Positions 11,707 to 20,325 of a stretch of 64,000 nt of DNA are shown here, piece by piece; the stretch's first letter is position 1; each line of letters starts with the position of its first letter. Made by a program: the position numbers and the translations under genes. A model generated the notes under the pieces. That model was not told where the DNA came from. It saw nothing but the letters and a program-made list of their open reading frames with translations, and ran no database searches. Source of the stretch: an uncultured Gammaproteobacteria bacterium (lineage in GTDB: Bacteria; Pseudomonadota; Gammaproteobacteria; Magnimaribacterales; TMED112). The stretch covers positions 18,026 through 82,025 of the forward strand of contig CAZNPG010000002.1 in assembly GCA_964575305.1 (NCBI GenBank). The letters are read 5' to 3'.

Positions 11707-12788
11707 TATCTTATTTTAAGCAACGACAAACCAACTAAAACAAAAATAAAAGTTAGTATCCAAAATCTCACTATAATTTTTGGCTCCTTCCAACCAATAA
11801 GTTCAAAATGATGATGTATTGGAGCCATCCTAAAAATTCTTTTTTTCCTAAGCTTAAAAGAAGAGACTTGCAAAATTACACTCATTGCTTCCATTATGAA
11901 AACCATAGACATAACAGCAAAAACAATTTCATGCCTCACAACTATTGCTATAAGAGCAATGAAAGCCCCCATTGAAAGTGATCCAACATCTCCCATGAAA
12001 ATTTGTGCAGGATAGGCATTAAACCATAAGAACCCTATACCTGCTCCTATCAATGCACCACATATAACTAAAAGTTCTCCTGTTCCATCAATGTAAGGTA
12101 TATATAGGTATTCAGAAACTATTGTATTTCCTGCTGCCCATGCAATGAGACCTAAAGCTGCTGTAATTAATATTACTGGTAAGATTGCTAGACCATCTAA
12201 GCCGTCTGTTAAATTCACAGCATTTGAACTACCGACAATAATAAAGACCGATATAGGAATGAATAATAATCCAAGTGATAGTGAGACCTCTTTAAAAAAA
12301 GGAACAATATAAGCTAGCTCGAAGCTTTGAAAAATATAGAAATATAGTGCTATAGAAATTATTGATGCAAATAAAATTTGGTATGAAATCTTAGTCCATG
12401 ATGATAAACCTTTTGAATTTTTTTCCTTAACTTTTTTATAATCATCTAAAAAACCAAGAAAGGCGAAAAGAAATAAACAAAGTAATGCTATTAATAAAAA
12501 CCTATTGGAAAAGTCCCCCCAGAGTAAACTTGAAAAAATTACACTTCCAATTATTAGTAAACCACCCATAGTTGGTGTTCCATCCTTAATCTTATGAGAT
12601 TCAGGCCCTCTATCTCCAATAGCTTGCTGAAATTGGATTGATCTTATCTTGCTTATGAAGAACTCACCCATGAAAAGAACAAGAAGCAATCCAGTTAAAG
12701 TTGATAAAAATGTTCGTGTAGTTAAATAAGAGAATAAATTAAGGAAAGGAGATTTCTCTGAAAGTAGATTTAGTAATAATTCAATCAT
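11706..12788 (-). CDS. mraY: Phospho-N-acetylmuramoyl-pentapeptide transferase
   Basis: 360 aa and polytopic. The MraY motifs KDGTPTMGG, NAVNLTDGLDGLA and MGDVGS are present. Confidence 0.95.
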   Translation of the reverse strand: MIELLLNLLSEKSPFLNLFSYLTTRTFLSTLTGLLLVLFMGEFFISKIRSIQFQQAIGDRGPESHKIKDGTPTMGGLLIIGSVIFSSLLWGDFSNRFLLIALLCLFLFAFLGFLDDYKKVKEKNSKGLSSWTKISYQILFASIISIALYFYIFQSFELAYIVPFFKEVSLSLGLLFIPISVFIIVGSSNAVNLTDGLDGLAILPVILITAALGLIAWAAGNTIVSEYLYIPYIDGTGELLVICGALIGAGIGFLWFNAYPAQIFMGDVGSLSMGAFIALIAIVVRHEIVFAVMSMVFIMEAMSVILQVSSFKLRKKRIFRMAPIHHHFELIGWKEPKIIVRFWILTFIFVLVGLSLLKIR

Positions 12789-13938
12789 CTAATAAAATTT
12801 TTAGGTATCTCTCCATTTTACTAGACCTAGAGCCTTTAAAATAGATTTTCTTGCCTGCCTTTAGCTGTTTAGATAAATATTCAATAGGAAAATCTTTCTC
12901 ATTCTGAAAAAATTCTACTCTATTACTTTCAAATTTATCTATTAATCCATTATAGATAGCTCCTGTTAGGAATATTTCATACTTATTAAGCTTCTTAATA
13001 AGATCAAAATGTATTTCATACTCTTTATCGCCTAGTTCAGCCATATCACCCAGAATAAGAATAGTTTCATTTGGATTTTCTTCATTTGCTGTTGCAAGAA
13101 CTGTATCTGGATGAGCATTATATGTTTGGTCAATAATTTGACCATTATGCTTATCTATTATGTTGCCTCTTCCGGTAGGATTTTTAAAAGAAATGCTGTC
13201 TAGTTCCATATCTATAGAGAGAAGCCCTAAAGTTTTTTTAAGAATTTCTTTATTTATTTCTAAAATGCTTTCTTTATTTACACTACGACCATCTATAAAA
13301 TTACTTTTATCTTTTAAACAATTTTTAAGTTTCATTTTTGTGTTAACAATATTCTCAACAGTACCAAATGTAGTTAAATGATTTTCTGCAATTGATGTCA
13401 AAATAAATACATCACAAAATAAATAATTAGAAATCAGGTCAAAATCATTTGGTTTTCTTGCTCCACATTCAACTACTAGATATTCACAATCTTTAGGCAT
13501 GCTAAGTATGGTAAAAGGAATTCCGAATTCGTTGTTTTCATTTTCTTTGCTTGCATGGCATGAAGGCCCCAGTATGGTTTTCAACATATCTTTAATAGTG
13601 GTCTTCCCATAGCTGCCAGTTATAAAGATAATTTTTGGTTTTAATGATAGAAGTTTGTAATTGCATATCTCCAGAAGACTCTTGTACACATCATTTACCT
13701 TTATTGCAGGACCATTAATAATTTTGGTTGTTAAGACAGCTGCACCATTATCTATCGCGTCTTTACAAAAATCTTCTCCATCATAATTGAGGCCTTTCAG
13801 AGGAATAAATAAGTCTCCTTTTTGAGCTAGTCTAGAATCAAAAATTATTCTTTTTACTGAATATTCTCTGATTTCTTTAGTGACATTAAGTACTGGTGAT
13901 AAATCATTTAAGTTAAACTTTTTACCTAGACCGTACAT
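12781..13938 (-). CDS. murF: UDP-MurNAc-tripeptide--D-alanyl-D-alanine ligase (short, 385 aa)
   Basis: It has the Mur ligase P-loop ITGSYGKTTIKDML. It sits between murE and mraY. Confidence 0.85.
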   Translation of the reverse strand: MYGLGKKFNLNDLSPVLNVTKEIREYSVKRIIFDSRLAQKGDLFIPLKGLNYDGEDFCKDAIDNGAAVLTTKIINGPAIKVNDVYKSLLEICNYKLLSLKPKIIFITGSYGKTTIKDMLKTILGPSCHASKENENNEFGIPFTILSMPKDCEYLVVECGARKPNDFDLISNYLFCDVFILTSIAENHLTTFGTVENIVNTKMKLKNCLKDKSNFIDGRSVNKESILEINKEILKKTLGLLSIDMELDSISFKNPTGRGNIIDKHNGQIIDQTYNAHPDTVLATANEENPNETILILGDMAELGDKEYEIHFDLIKKLNKYEIFLTGAIYNGLIDKFESNRVEFFQNEKDFPIEYLSKQLKAGKKIYFKGSRSSKMERYLKILLDD

Positions 13939-15320
13939 TTTTTAACTTCCTCATAATCTGAGTATTTTACAACCTTATTTTCAATGGCCTGATATTTCTC
14001 ATGGCCTTTCCCAGCAATTAGTAGTATTTCTTCATCCTTTAGATCATTAATTGCCTCTTCTATAGCAAGAGATCTATCAAGCTGTAAGGTGACTTTACTT
14101 GTATTTAAGATACCTTCTTGAATCATTTCAGCAATTAATCTCGGGTTTTCAGAGCGAGGATTATCAGAAGTAATGTAAATTTTATCGCAGTACTTTTCAG
14201 CAATTTCACCCATTATTTTTCTTTTACCAATATCTCTGTCACCACCAGCTCCAAAGACAATTGCCAGACTTTTAGGATTTTTTTCTCTTAAATTTAAGCA
14301 AACTTCTTCTAGTGCTTTTGGAGAATGTGCATAGTCAATATAAATATTTTTTCTAAACTCATCTAATCTACCCTTGGGCAAAACAATACCTTCCAATGCA
14401 TTAAAAAAATTGTCGCAATTATTATTAACTGCTTGGAAGTATGGAAGTGCAAGCAAAAGATTATAAATATTAAATTTTGAATGGACTCTGCTTTGCGATT
14501 GAAAGTTTCCCCATGGGGTTGTTGTATTAAATTTAATGTATCCATCTCTACTCTTTTCTTTTATTTGAAAAAAGATATCAGCGGACCTATCTTTTGCTGA
14601 TAAAGTAAAAACATTATCTATTAAAATTCTTTTTTTATTATTATGAATAATCTCATCATCAATATTTAAAGATATAGTTTTCAATTTTGTATCAAGAAGT
14701 AATTTAAATTTAGCGTTAATGTATTCTTCCATGCTTCCATGATAGTCAATATGATCCCTGGAAATATTCGTGAGAATTGCATGGTTAATGCTTAAACCTT
14801 GTAATCTGCCTTGGTCTATTCCAATTGATGATGCTTCAAAGAAAATATTTTTGATATCTTCTTTTTTGCAAATAGACATAAGGCGCCTAATAAAAAGTGC
14901 GTCTTCAGTAGTAAGCTGATTATTAAATAATTTTTTCTGGTTTAAATAAGTGCCAAGAGTTCCTGATGAGGAATAATCAAGTCCATTGTATTTAAATATT
15001 TGCGAGAGGAAATCTACTGTTGAAGTTTTTCCATTTGTTCCAGTAATAAAAATATTATCAAACTTAGAATGTTTAATGCCATAGTATTCATCTACCCACT
15101 CAATGTAATGTTTATTAAGATCTTTTATTTTTTGAAACTTTGGATTACTTGAAATAATGTCTTCTTGATCTATAAAAATTGATTTTGCTTTGCTTATATC
15201 TTCATTATTTAAGAACTTCACACCTCCTTTAATGGAAAGGAAAACGTCACCCTTATTTAAATAATTAGAATTTGAAACAAGATTTTCATTTGAATCTAAA
15301 TTTAAAAAAGGATTTTTCAT
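13926..15320 (-). CDS. murE: UDP-MurNAc-L-Ala-D-Glu--2,6-diaminopimelate ligase
   Basis: 464 aa. It has the P-loop ITGTNGKTSTVDFL and the MurE-specific DNPRSENP motif. Confidence 0.9.
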   Translation of the reverse strand: MKNPFLNLDSNENLVSNSNYLNKGDVFLSIKGGVKFLNNEDISKAKSIFIDQEDIISSNPKFQKIKDLNKHYIEWVDEYYGIKHSKFDNIFITGTNGKTSTVDFLSQIFKYNGLDYSSSGTLGTYLNQKKLFNNQLTTEDALFIRRLMSICKKEDIKNIFFEASSIGIDQGRLQGLSINHAILTNISRDHIDYHGSMEEYINAKFKLLLDTKLKTISLNIDDEIIHNNKKRILIDNVFTLSAKDRSADIFFQIKEKSRDGYIKFNTTTPWGNFQSQSRVHSKFNIYNLLLALPYFQAVNNNCDNFFNALEGIVLPKGRLDEFRKNIYIDYAHSPKALEEVCLNLREKNPKSLAIVFGAGGDRDIGKRKIMGEIAEKYCDKIYITSDNPRSENPRLIAEMIQEGILNTSKVTLQLDRSLAIEEAINDLKDEEILLIAGKGHEKYQAIENKVVKYSDYEEVKKCTV

Positions 15321-16900
15321 AAGTACTTTAATCTTTTCATGTATTTAGAAATTCTAGCAACGACAGGTGCTGAAACATCCCCTCCAAAATACTTATTAGG
15401 GTCGGGCTCATCAATCGAAACAATCATAATATATTTAGGAGTTTGGGCTGGGAAAATTGATGCAAAACTTGAAATATATTTCTCGGATGCATAACCAACA
15501 CCTTCTATATATTTTTCGGATGTCCCAGTTTTTCCAGCTATTTGAACTTCCTCATTTTTAAGATTTGATGCTGTTCCATCAAGGACAGTCATTCTTAGTG
15601 AATCTAAAATAAAATCTGCATTTGATTTAGTTAATATCCTTTTTCTAATTACTTGGTCATCAAGATAAAGTTTTGGTTCAATCATCACCCCTTCATTTGC
15701 AAAAGCACTATAAGCCCTAGCTAACTGAAGAGAATTTGATGTCAAACCATAACCATATCCCAAAGAAGCTTTATCAATGTCATAAAGCTTGGCAGCATCT
15801 ATCATTATGCCGCTATTATTGCTTAACCAGCTCATATTAAGATATTCACCAAAACCAAATAGTCTTAGATTCTCTCTAATTTGATCTGAAGAGAATTTAA
15901 TTGAAATCTTAGCTATACCAACTTGAGATGATTTAGAAATAGTTTCTGATAAAGAGATATTGCCAAAATTTTTACCTCCAGCTTCACTTCTTTTAATATC
16001 AGATAAAGTAATGAAGCCTGGGTTTGTATCAATCATAGAATTTTTCTCTATAAGATTTAGTCTAATTGCTCCTGCAACTGTTATTGGTTTAATTAGTGAT
16101 CCTGGTTCATAAAAATCTTCAATTGCTCTATTTCTTTCAATAACACGCTGAGGGTTATTTGGGTTGAAAGATGGGTAACTAACCATAGCTAATACATCTC
16201 CTGTTGATGCATTCATTATTACTGCAGAGCCTCCTTTTGCTTTGGAGTCTGAAATAGCTGTTTTTAATTCCTCAAAAAGTTTGAACTGCAAATTTGTATC
16301 TAAAGTTAAAGACAAACCTTCTGAATCTTCTAAATTTAAATAACTATCTAAACTTCCATATAACTTCTCTCCTCTCAGGCTCTTGTTATAAATTGATCTT
16401 TTGCTATCAATAATCAATAAATCATCCATTACTTTCTCGACACCTTCTAACCCACCATCAGTTCCTGAGAAACCAATTACAGTTCCAAAAATACTGCCAA
16501 ATGGATAGTATCTTTTGAAAGTATCCTCTCTAATAGGTGAGCAACTGCATGCTGCTTGAACTTTAGTTAGTATTTTCTGTGACACTTTATTTTCTAAGTA
16601 AAGTCTTCTTTTTGTATTTAGAAAAATGTCTTGTGAGTCATCAAGCAAAACTGTAAGAGCTTGCTCTTTTTCTTTCTCATTTTTAAATAGCAATGTTGGT
16701 CTAAGAATATCAGTTGCCAGCTCTATTCCATTTCTATCAAAGATTTTCTTTCTTGGATGAATGTTTAGTTTTGTCGCGGTGCTTCTTATTTCAGAAGCTT
16801 CTAAAAATAAATCCCTTTCCTGATTTAATTGGTAATAGCGTATTCCAGGAATTAATAGAAGAACTAAAAAAATAATAAAAAGCAGGCGTAGTTTACTCAT
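15317..16900 (-). CDS. ftsI: Peptidoglycan D,D-transpeptidase FtsI (PBP3)
   Basis: 527 aa. It has an N-terminal TM anchor, the SxxK motif (GSLIKP) and the KTGT motif (AGKTGTSEK). It lies after ftsL. Confidence 0.9.
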   Translation of the reverse strand: MSKLRLLFIIFLVLLLIPGIRYYQLNQERDLFLEASEIRSTATKLNIHPRKKIFDRNGIELATDILRPTLLFKNEKEKEQALTVLLDDSQDIFLNTKRRLYLENKVSQKILTKVQAACSCSPIREDTFKRYYPFGSIFGTVIGFSGTDGGLEGVEKVMDDLLIIDSKRSIYNKSLRGEKLYGSLDSYLNLEDSEGLSLTLDTNLQFKLFEELKTAISDSKAKGGSAVIMNASTGDVLAMVSYPSFNPNNPQRVIERNRAIEDFYEPGSLIKPITVAGAIRLNLIEKNSMIDTNPGFITLSDIKRSEAGGKNFGNISLSETISKSSQVGIAKISIKFSSDQIRENLRLFGFGEYLNMSWLSNNSGIMIDAAKLYDIDKASLGYGYGLTSNSLQLARAYSAFANEGVMIEPKLYLDDQVIRKRILTKSNADFILDSLRMTVLDGTASNLKNEEVQIAGKTGTSEKYIEGVGYASEKYISSFASIFPAQTPKYIMIVSIDEPDPNKYFGGDVSAPVVARISKYMKRLKYL

Positions 16901-17145
16901 TAATCTATATCAGGATCTTTCATTCCAATTGCTAAAGCTTTCTCATATATGAACGGTGATGATTTAATTAAAGCTATCTCAATATCTAATTTAGTATTTT
17001 GATTTTGAAGGTAAAAAATTTTTTCTTGCACATCATCTAAGTGGTTAAAACTTCTTTTGTATTCAAAGACAAGGAAGACTTTTACGAATGAAAGCATGAG
17101 TAAAATTATAAAAAATACAATTAAACCAATATTGATAATTTTCAT
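16900..17145 (-). CDS. ftsL: Cell division protein FtsL
   Basis: 81 aa. It has a single N-terminal TM followed by a short coiled-coil-like segment. It sits between rsmH and ftsI with 4-nt and 1-nt overlaps. The call rests mainly on position and architecture. Confidence 0.65.
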   Translation of the reverse strand: MKIINIGLIVFFIILLMLSFVKVFLVFEYKRSFNHLDDVQEKIFYLQNQNTKLDIEIALIKSSPFIYEKALAIGMKDPDID

Positions 17146-18038
17146 AATTTTTTAATTACTCTCATTTTAGCGCTTCTAGATCTGGGATTCATTGATATCT
17201 CATCATTAGTAGGCAACAACACCTTACTTACTGTAAATTTTTCTTTGGTGGTGTCATTAAAAATTGGAATTTTTTTCTCAACCAGATTAGGTTGGGTCTT
17301 AAAGCTTTGTTTGGCTATACGATCTTCAAGTGAATGGAACGAGATCACCACTATTTTTCCTGACTTTTTAAGCTTATTCTTCAAGACTTCAAGACACTTT
17401 GATAAACTTTCAAGCTCAGAATTTACGGCCATTCTTAAAGCCTGAAATGATTTTGTTGCAGAATGTTTTTTTGTTCTTTTTCTTTTTGCTAGCTTTATTA
17501 CATTTGCTAAGTCAGTAGTGCTTTTAAATTTCTTTACCTCTCTTCTTTCAACAATAAATTTTGCAATGCGCCTAGATTCTTCTTCCTCTCCTAACTTCCA
17601 CAATATTTCAGATAGTTCGCTTTCACTATAATTTTCAATAATGTCAGAGCAAGTTAATTCTTGGTTTCTATTAAATCTCATATCTAGAGGACCATCTTTC
17701 TGAAAACTAAACCCTCTTTCTGGCTCATCTAATTGAGGCGAGGATACGCCACAATCAATTAAGGCTCCCATCAATGAATCATCTTCAATAAAATTTCCAA
17801 TCTGAGAAAAGTTTGTTTTATGGAATTGGAAGTTATTTTTTTTAATTGCTTTAGATTCTTCCATAGCTTCATTATCAAGATCGAAAGCTATAAGTTTTCC
17901 ATTATTTGATAATCTTTCTAGAATTTTTTTTGAATGCCCTCCCCTTCCAAAAGTGCAGTCAACATAAATGCCATTTGGATCAGTAATTAACTGATCAATT
18001 GAATGGTCAAGAAGTACTGGTATATGCTTAATTCTCAA
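17142..18038 (-). CDS. rsmH: 16S rRNA (cytosine1402-N4)-methyltransferase RsmH/MraW
   Basis: 298 aa. It has HIPVLL and the SAM motif DCTFGRGGHS. The apparent TTG start at 18038 overlaps the last codons of ftsZ. Confidence 0.9.
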   Translation of the reverse strand: MRIKHIPVLLDHSIDQLITDPNGIYVDCTFGRGGHSKKILERLSNNGKLIAFDLDNEAMEESKAIKKNNFQFHKTNFSQIGNFIEDDSLMGALIDCGVSSPQLDEPERGFSFQKDGPLDMRFNRNQELTCSDIIENYSESELSEILWKLGEEEESRRIAKFIVERREVKKFKSTTDLANVIKLAKRKRTKKHSATKSFQALRMAVNSELESLSKCLEVLKNKLKKSGKIVVISFHSLEDRIAKQSFKTQPNLVEKKIPIFNDTTKEKFTVSKVLLPTNDEISMNPRSRSAKMRVIKKL

Positions 18039-19131
18039 TACTCCGTATTACTTCAAGAATATCTATACGTTTTAATTTATCTGGATCTACATAACCTTGA
18101 GTTTCATTTGTATTTAAAGATGAAATATCCCGAACTGGCCTTATGTAACTGGTGGAAAATTCATCTAGATTAAACTTTCTTAAGCCTGTAGCAATAATAA
18201 TAACTGATATTTCATCTCCAAACGATTCATCAATTGTCAGTCCTGGAATGGCTTCAACACCATGTTGACTTATTTTTTGTGCGTGAGTCATTATTTCATT
18301 TATTTCCTGCATTTCCATACCTGAAGGACCACAAATATTTACTAAAAGACCCTTAGCATTTTTTACTTCAGCACGGTTAAAAAATGGATTACCAAGAGCA
18401 TCATCCACAGCCTCAGCCGCTCTATTTGGTCCACTTGCTTTTCCAATACACATTATTGCCATTCCTTTTTGTGACATAGCAGCTTGGACATCAGCAAAAT
18501 CTACATTCATTGTTGCTGGATTAAGAATTACATTAGATACACCTTTCACTGCATTAGTTATAACTTCATTTACAGCATTAAAGCCTTCATTAAATTGAGC
18601 ATTTTCTGGAAAAATTTCAAAGATTTTTTCGTTATCTATTTCAATTAAAGAATCTACGCTTTGCATAAGCTTTGCAATACCTGCTGCTGCTTGTTCAGCT
18701 CTTTTTTCTTGTTCGTATTTAAATGGTGTAGTTACAACAGCAACTGTTAATATTCCTAGCTCTTTTGCTATTTTAGCTACTACTGGCGCTCCTCCTGTAC
18801 CAGTGCCTCCACCCATACCTGCCACAATAAAAAGCATTTCAGTATGTTCTAGTGATTCTTTTATTTCAGGTATGCTTAATTCTGTTGCAACCCTCCCTCT
18901 TTCTGGATCATTGCCTGCACCAAGCCCTTTAGTAAATTCTTCACCTAACTTAATTTTCTTTGCTTTTTGTACTTTTGAAAGATCCTGAGAATCTGTATTC
19001 GCACAAATAAATTCAACTCCTTTTATGCCTGACTTTATAATGTGATTTACACTGTTTCCACCACCACCCCCAACACCAATGACAGTTATCTTTGCTTGTT
19101 CATAATTAGAGTCAATAATTTGCCAGGTCAT
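18028..19131 (-). CDS. ftsZ: Cell division GTPase FtsZ
   Basis: 367 aa. It has VIGVGGGGGN, the tubulin signature AGMGGGTGTGGAPVVA and the NTDSQDL motif. It is located upstream of rsmH, not after ftsA. Confidence 0.95.
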   Translation of the reverse strand: MTWQIIDSNYEQAKITVIGVGGGGGNSVNHIIKSGIKGVEFICANTDSQDLSKVQKAKKIKLGEEFTKGLGAGNDPERGRVATELSIPEIKESLEHTEMLFIVAGMGGGTGTGGAPVVAKIAKELGILTVAVVTTPFKYEQEKRAEQAAAGIAKLMQSVDSLIEIDNEKIFEIFPENAQFNEGFNAVNEVITNAVKGVSNVILNPATMNVDFADVQAAMSQKGMAIMCIGKASGPNRAAEAVDDALGNPFFNRAEVKNAKGLLVNICGPSGMEMQEINEIMTHAQKISQHGVEAIPGLTIDESFGDEISVIIIATGLRKFNLDEFSTSYIRPVRDISSLNTNETQGYVDPDKLKRIDILEVIRSIEN

Positions 19132-19151
19132 ATTAAGATTTTAAATTAGAG

Positions 19152-19480
19152 AAATGAGTTGGTCTATAAGCCGGATTCTGTTTAAGCCATCATTTATCTA
19201 GATGTTTTGTCACCAAAACATTCATGCTGCCTACCCTGATCCTGCGCGAGCAACGCAATAAGATCTCTATTTGGCATTGCTTCGAGTGGGGTTTGCCGTG
19301 CCCTAATTTTAATTAGGCGGTAAGCTCTTACCTTACCTTTTCACCCTTACCAGATAAACTGGCGGTTTATTTTCTGTTGCACTAGCCGTAGACTCACGTC
19401 CCCCAGCTGTTAGCTGGCACTCTGCTCTTTGAAGTCCGGACTTTCCTCTTATAAAAAATAAGCGATAGCTCGACCAACTC
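19152..19480 (-). ncRNA. rnpB: RNase P RNA, bacterial type A
   Basis: The minus strand reads GAGUUGGUCG...GAGGAAAGUCCGGAC...GUGCCAGCUAACAGCUGGGG...AGUGCAACAGAAA...AAACCGCC...GGUAAGGGUGAAAAGGUAAGGUAAGAGCUUACCGCC...GGCACGGCAAACCCCAC...GCAAUGCCAAAUAG...ACAGAAUCCGGCUUAUAGACCAACUC. All universally conserved rnpB blocks are present. P1 pairs GAGUUGGUC with GACCAACUC. Ends are accurate to about 5 nt. Confidence 0.9.
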
Positions 19481-19488
19481 AGCGTCAT

Positions 19489-19497
19489 ATAATATCA
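19489..19497 (-). promoter_or_regulatory. Putative extended -10 promoter (TGATATTAT) for rnpB
   Basis: On the minus strand, TGaTATTAT ends 8 nt upstream of the predicted rnpB 5' G. Its TGA is the rsmI stop codon. No convincing -35 was seen. Confidence 0.3.
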
Positions 19498-20325
19498 AGA
19501 CTTTTTAGAAAAAGACAAAAATCTTTCATATAAAAAATTTTTGTTTATTCCAGTAATTTCGTAAGAAAGTTTTGCAAGCTCTTTATTGCTTAGTTTTCCT
19601 TTCAGATTTTCAAATAATTTATCTGCAACTGAAGTATCTTCTTCTAGTGATAGGAAATTAAGCATCAAGATAAATTCACCTTTTAGCAAACTTTTATCTT
19701 GGTTAAAATTTAACAATATTTCACCAGCTGTTCCTCTCAAGAACCTTTCATGAATCTTAGAAATCTCTTTTGCTATACATATATTAGCTTGATTGCCAAA
19801 TAAGCTGTCAATTATATTTAAAGTTGCAGTTAGCCTATGAGAAGATTCCAAAAAAATTGAAGTCCCAGTATCTGTTGAACATTTAGTAAAGATTTTTTTA
19901 ATTTCATTAGTTTTCTTTGGCAAAAATCCATAAAAGTGAAATGTATCTGTTGGCATACCACTGCCTACAAGAGCGGGAATAACTGATGTTGGTCCAGGCA
20001 GAGGAATTATTTTTATATTTTTTTTAATTAGGCTAGAAATTAACTTGTATCCAGGGTCAGATATTAATGGTGTGCCAGCTTCTGAAATTATTCCACCCTT
20101 TTTCCCATCCTCTAAAAGATTATTAATTTTATTCCTGTCTTTTAAGGTAGAGTGATCATTGTAAATAACAAGATTTTTAATTTTTAGATTATATTTCTTT
20201 AAAAGTTTCTGGGCAGAATGCCTGCTTTCAACAGCCAGGAAGTCTAATTCAGCAATTGTATTAATTGCCCTAATAGTAAAATCATCAAGATTGCCTACTG
20301 GAGAAGGTATAATATAGAAAATCAT
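19495..20325 (-). CDS. rsmI: 16S rRNA (cytidine1402-2'-O)-methyltransferase RsmI
   Basis: 276 aa. It has the tetrapyrrole-methylase-fold motifs (YIIPSPVGNLDD, SEAGTPLISDPGYKLI). It is divergent from an lpoA-like lipoprotein gene, as in E. coli and Pseudomonas. Confidence 0.9.
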   Translation of the reverse strand: MIFYIIPSPVGNLDDFTIRAINTIAELDFLAVESRHSAQKLLKKYNLKIKNLVIYNDHSTLKDRNKINNLLEDGKKGGIISEAGTPLISDPGYKLISSLIKKNIKIIPLPGPTSVIPALVGSGMPTDTFHFYGFLPKKTNEIKKIFTKCSTDTGTSIFLESSHRLTATLNIIDSLFGNQANICIAKEISKIHERFLRGTAGEILLNFNQDKSLLKGEFILMLNFLSLEEDTSVADKLFENLKGKLSNKELAKLSYEITGINKNFLYERFLSFSKKS

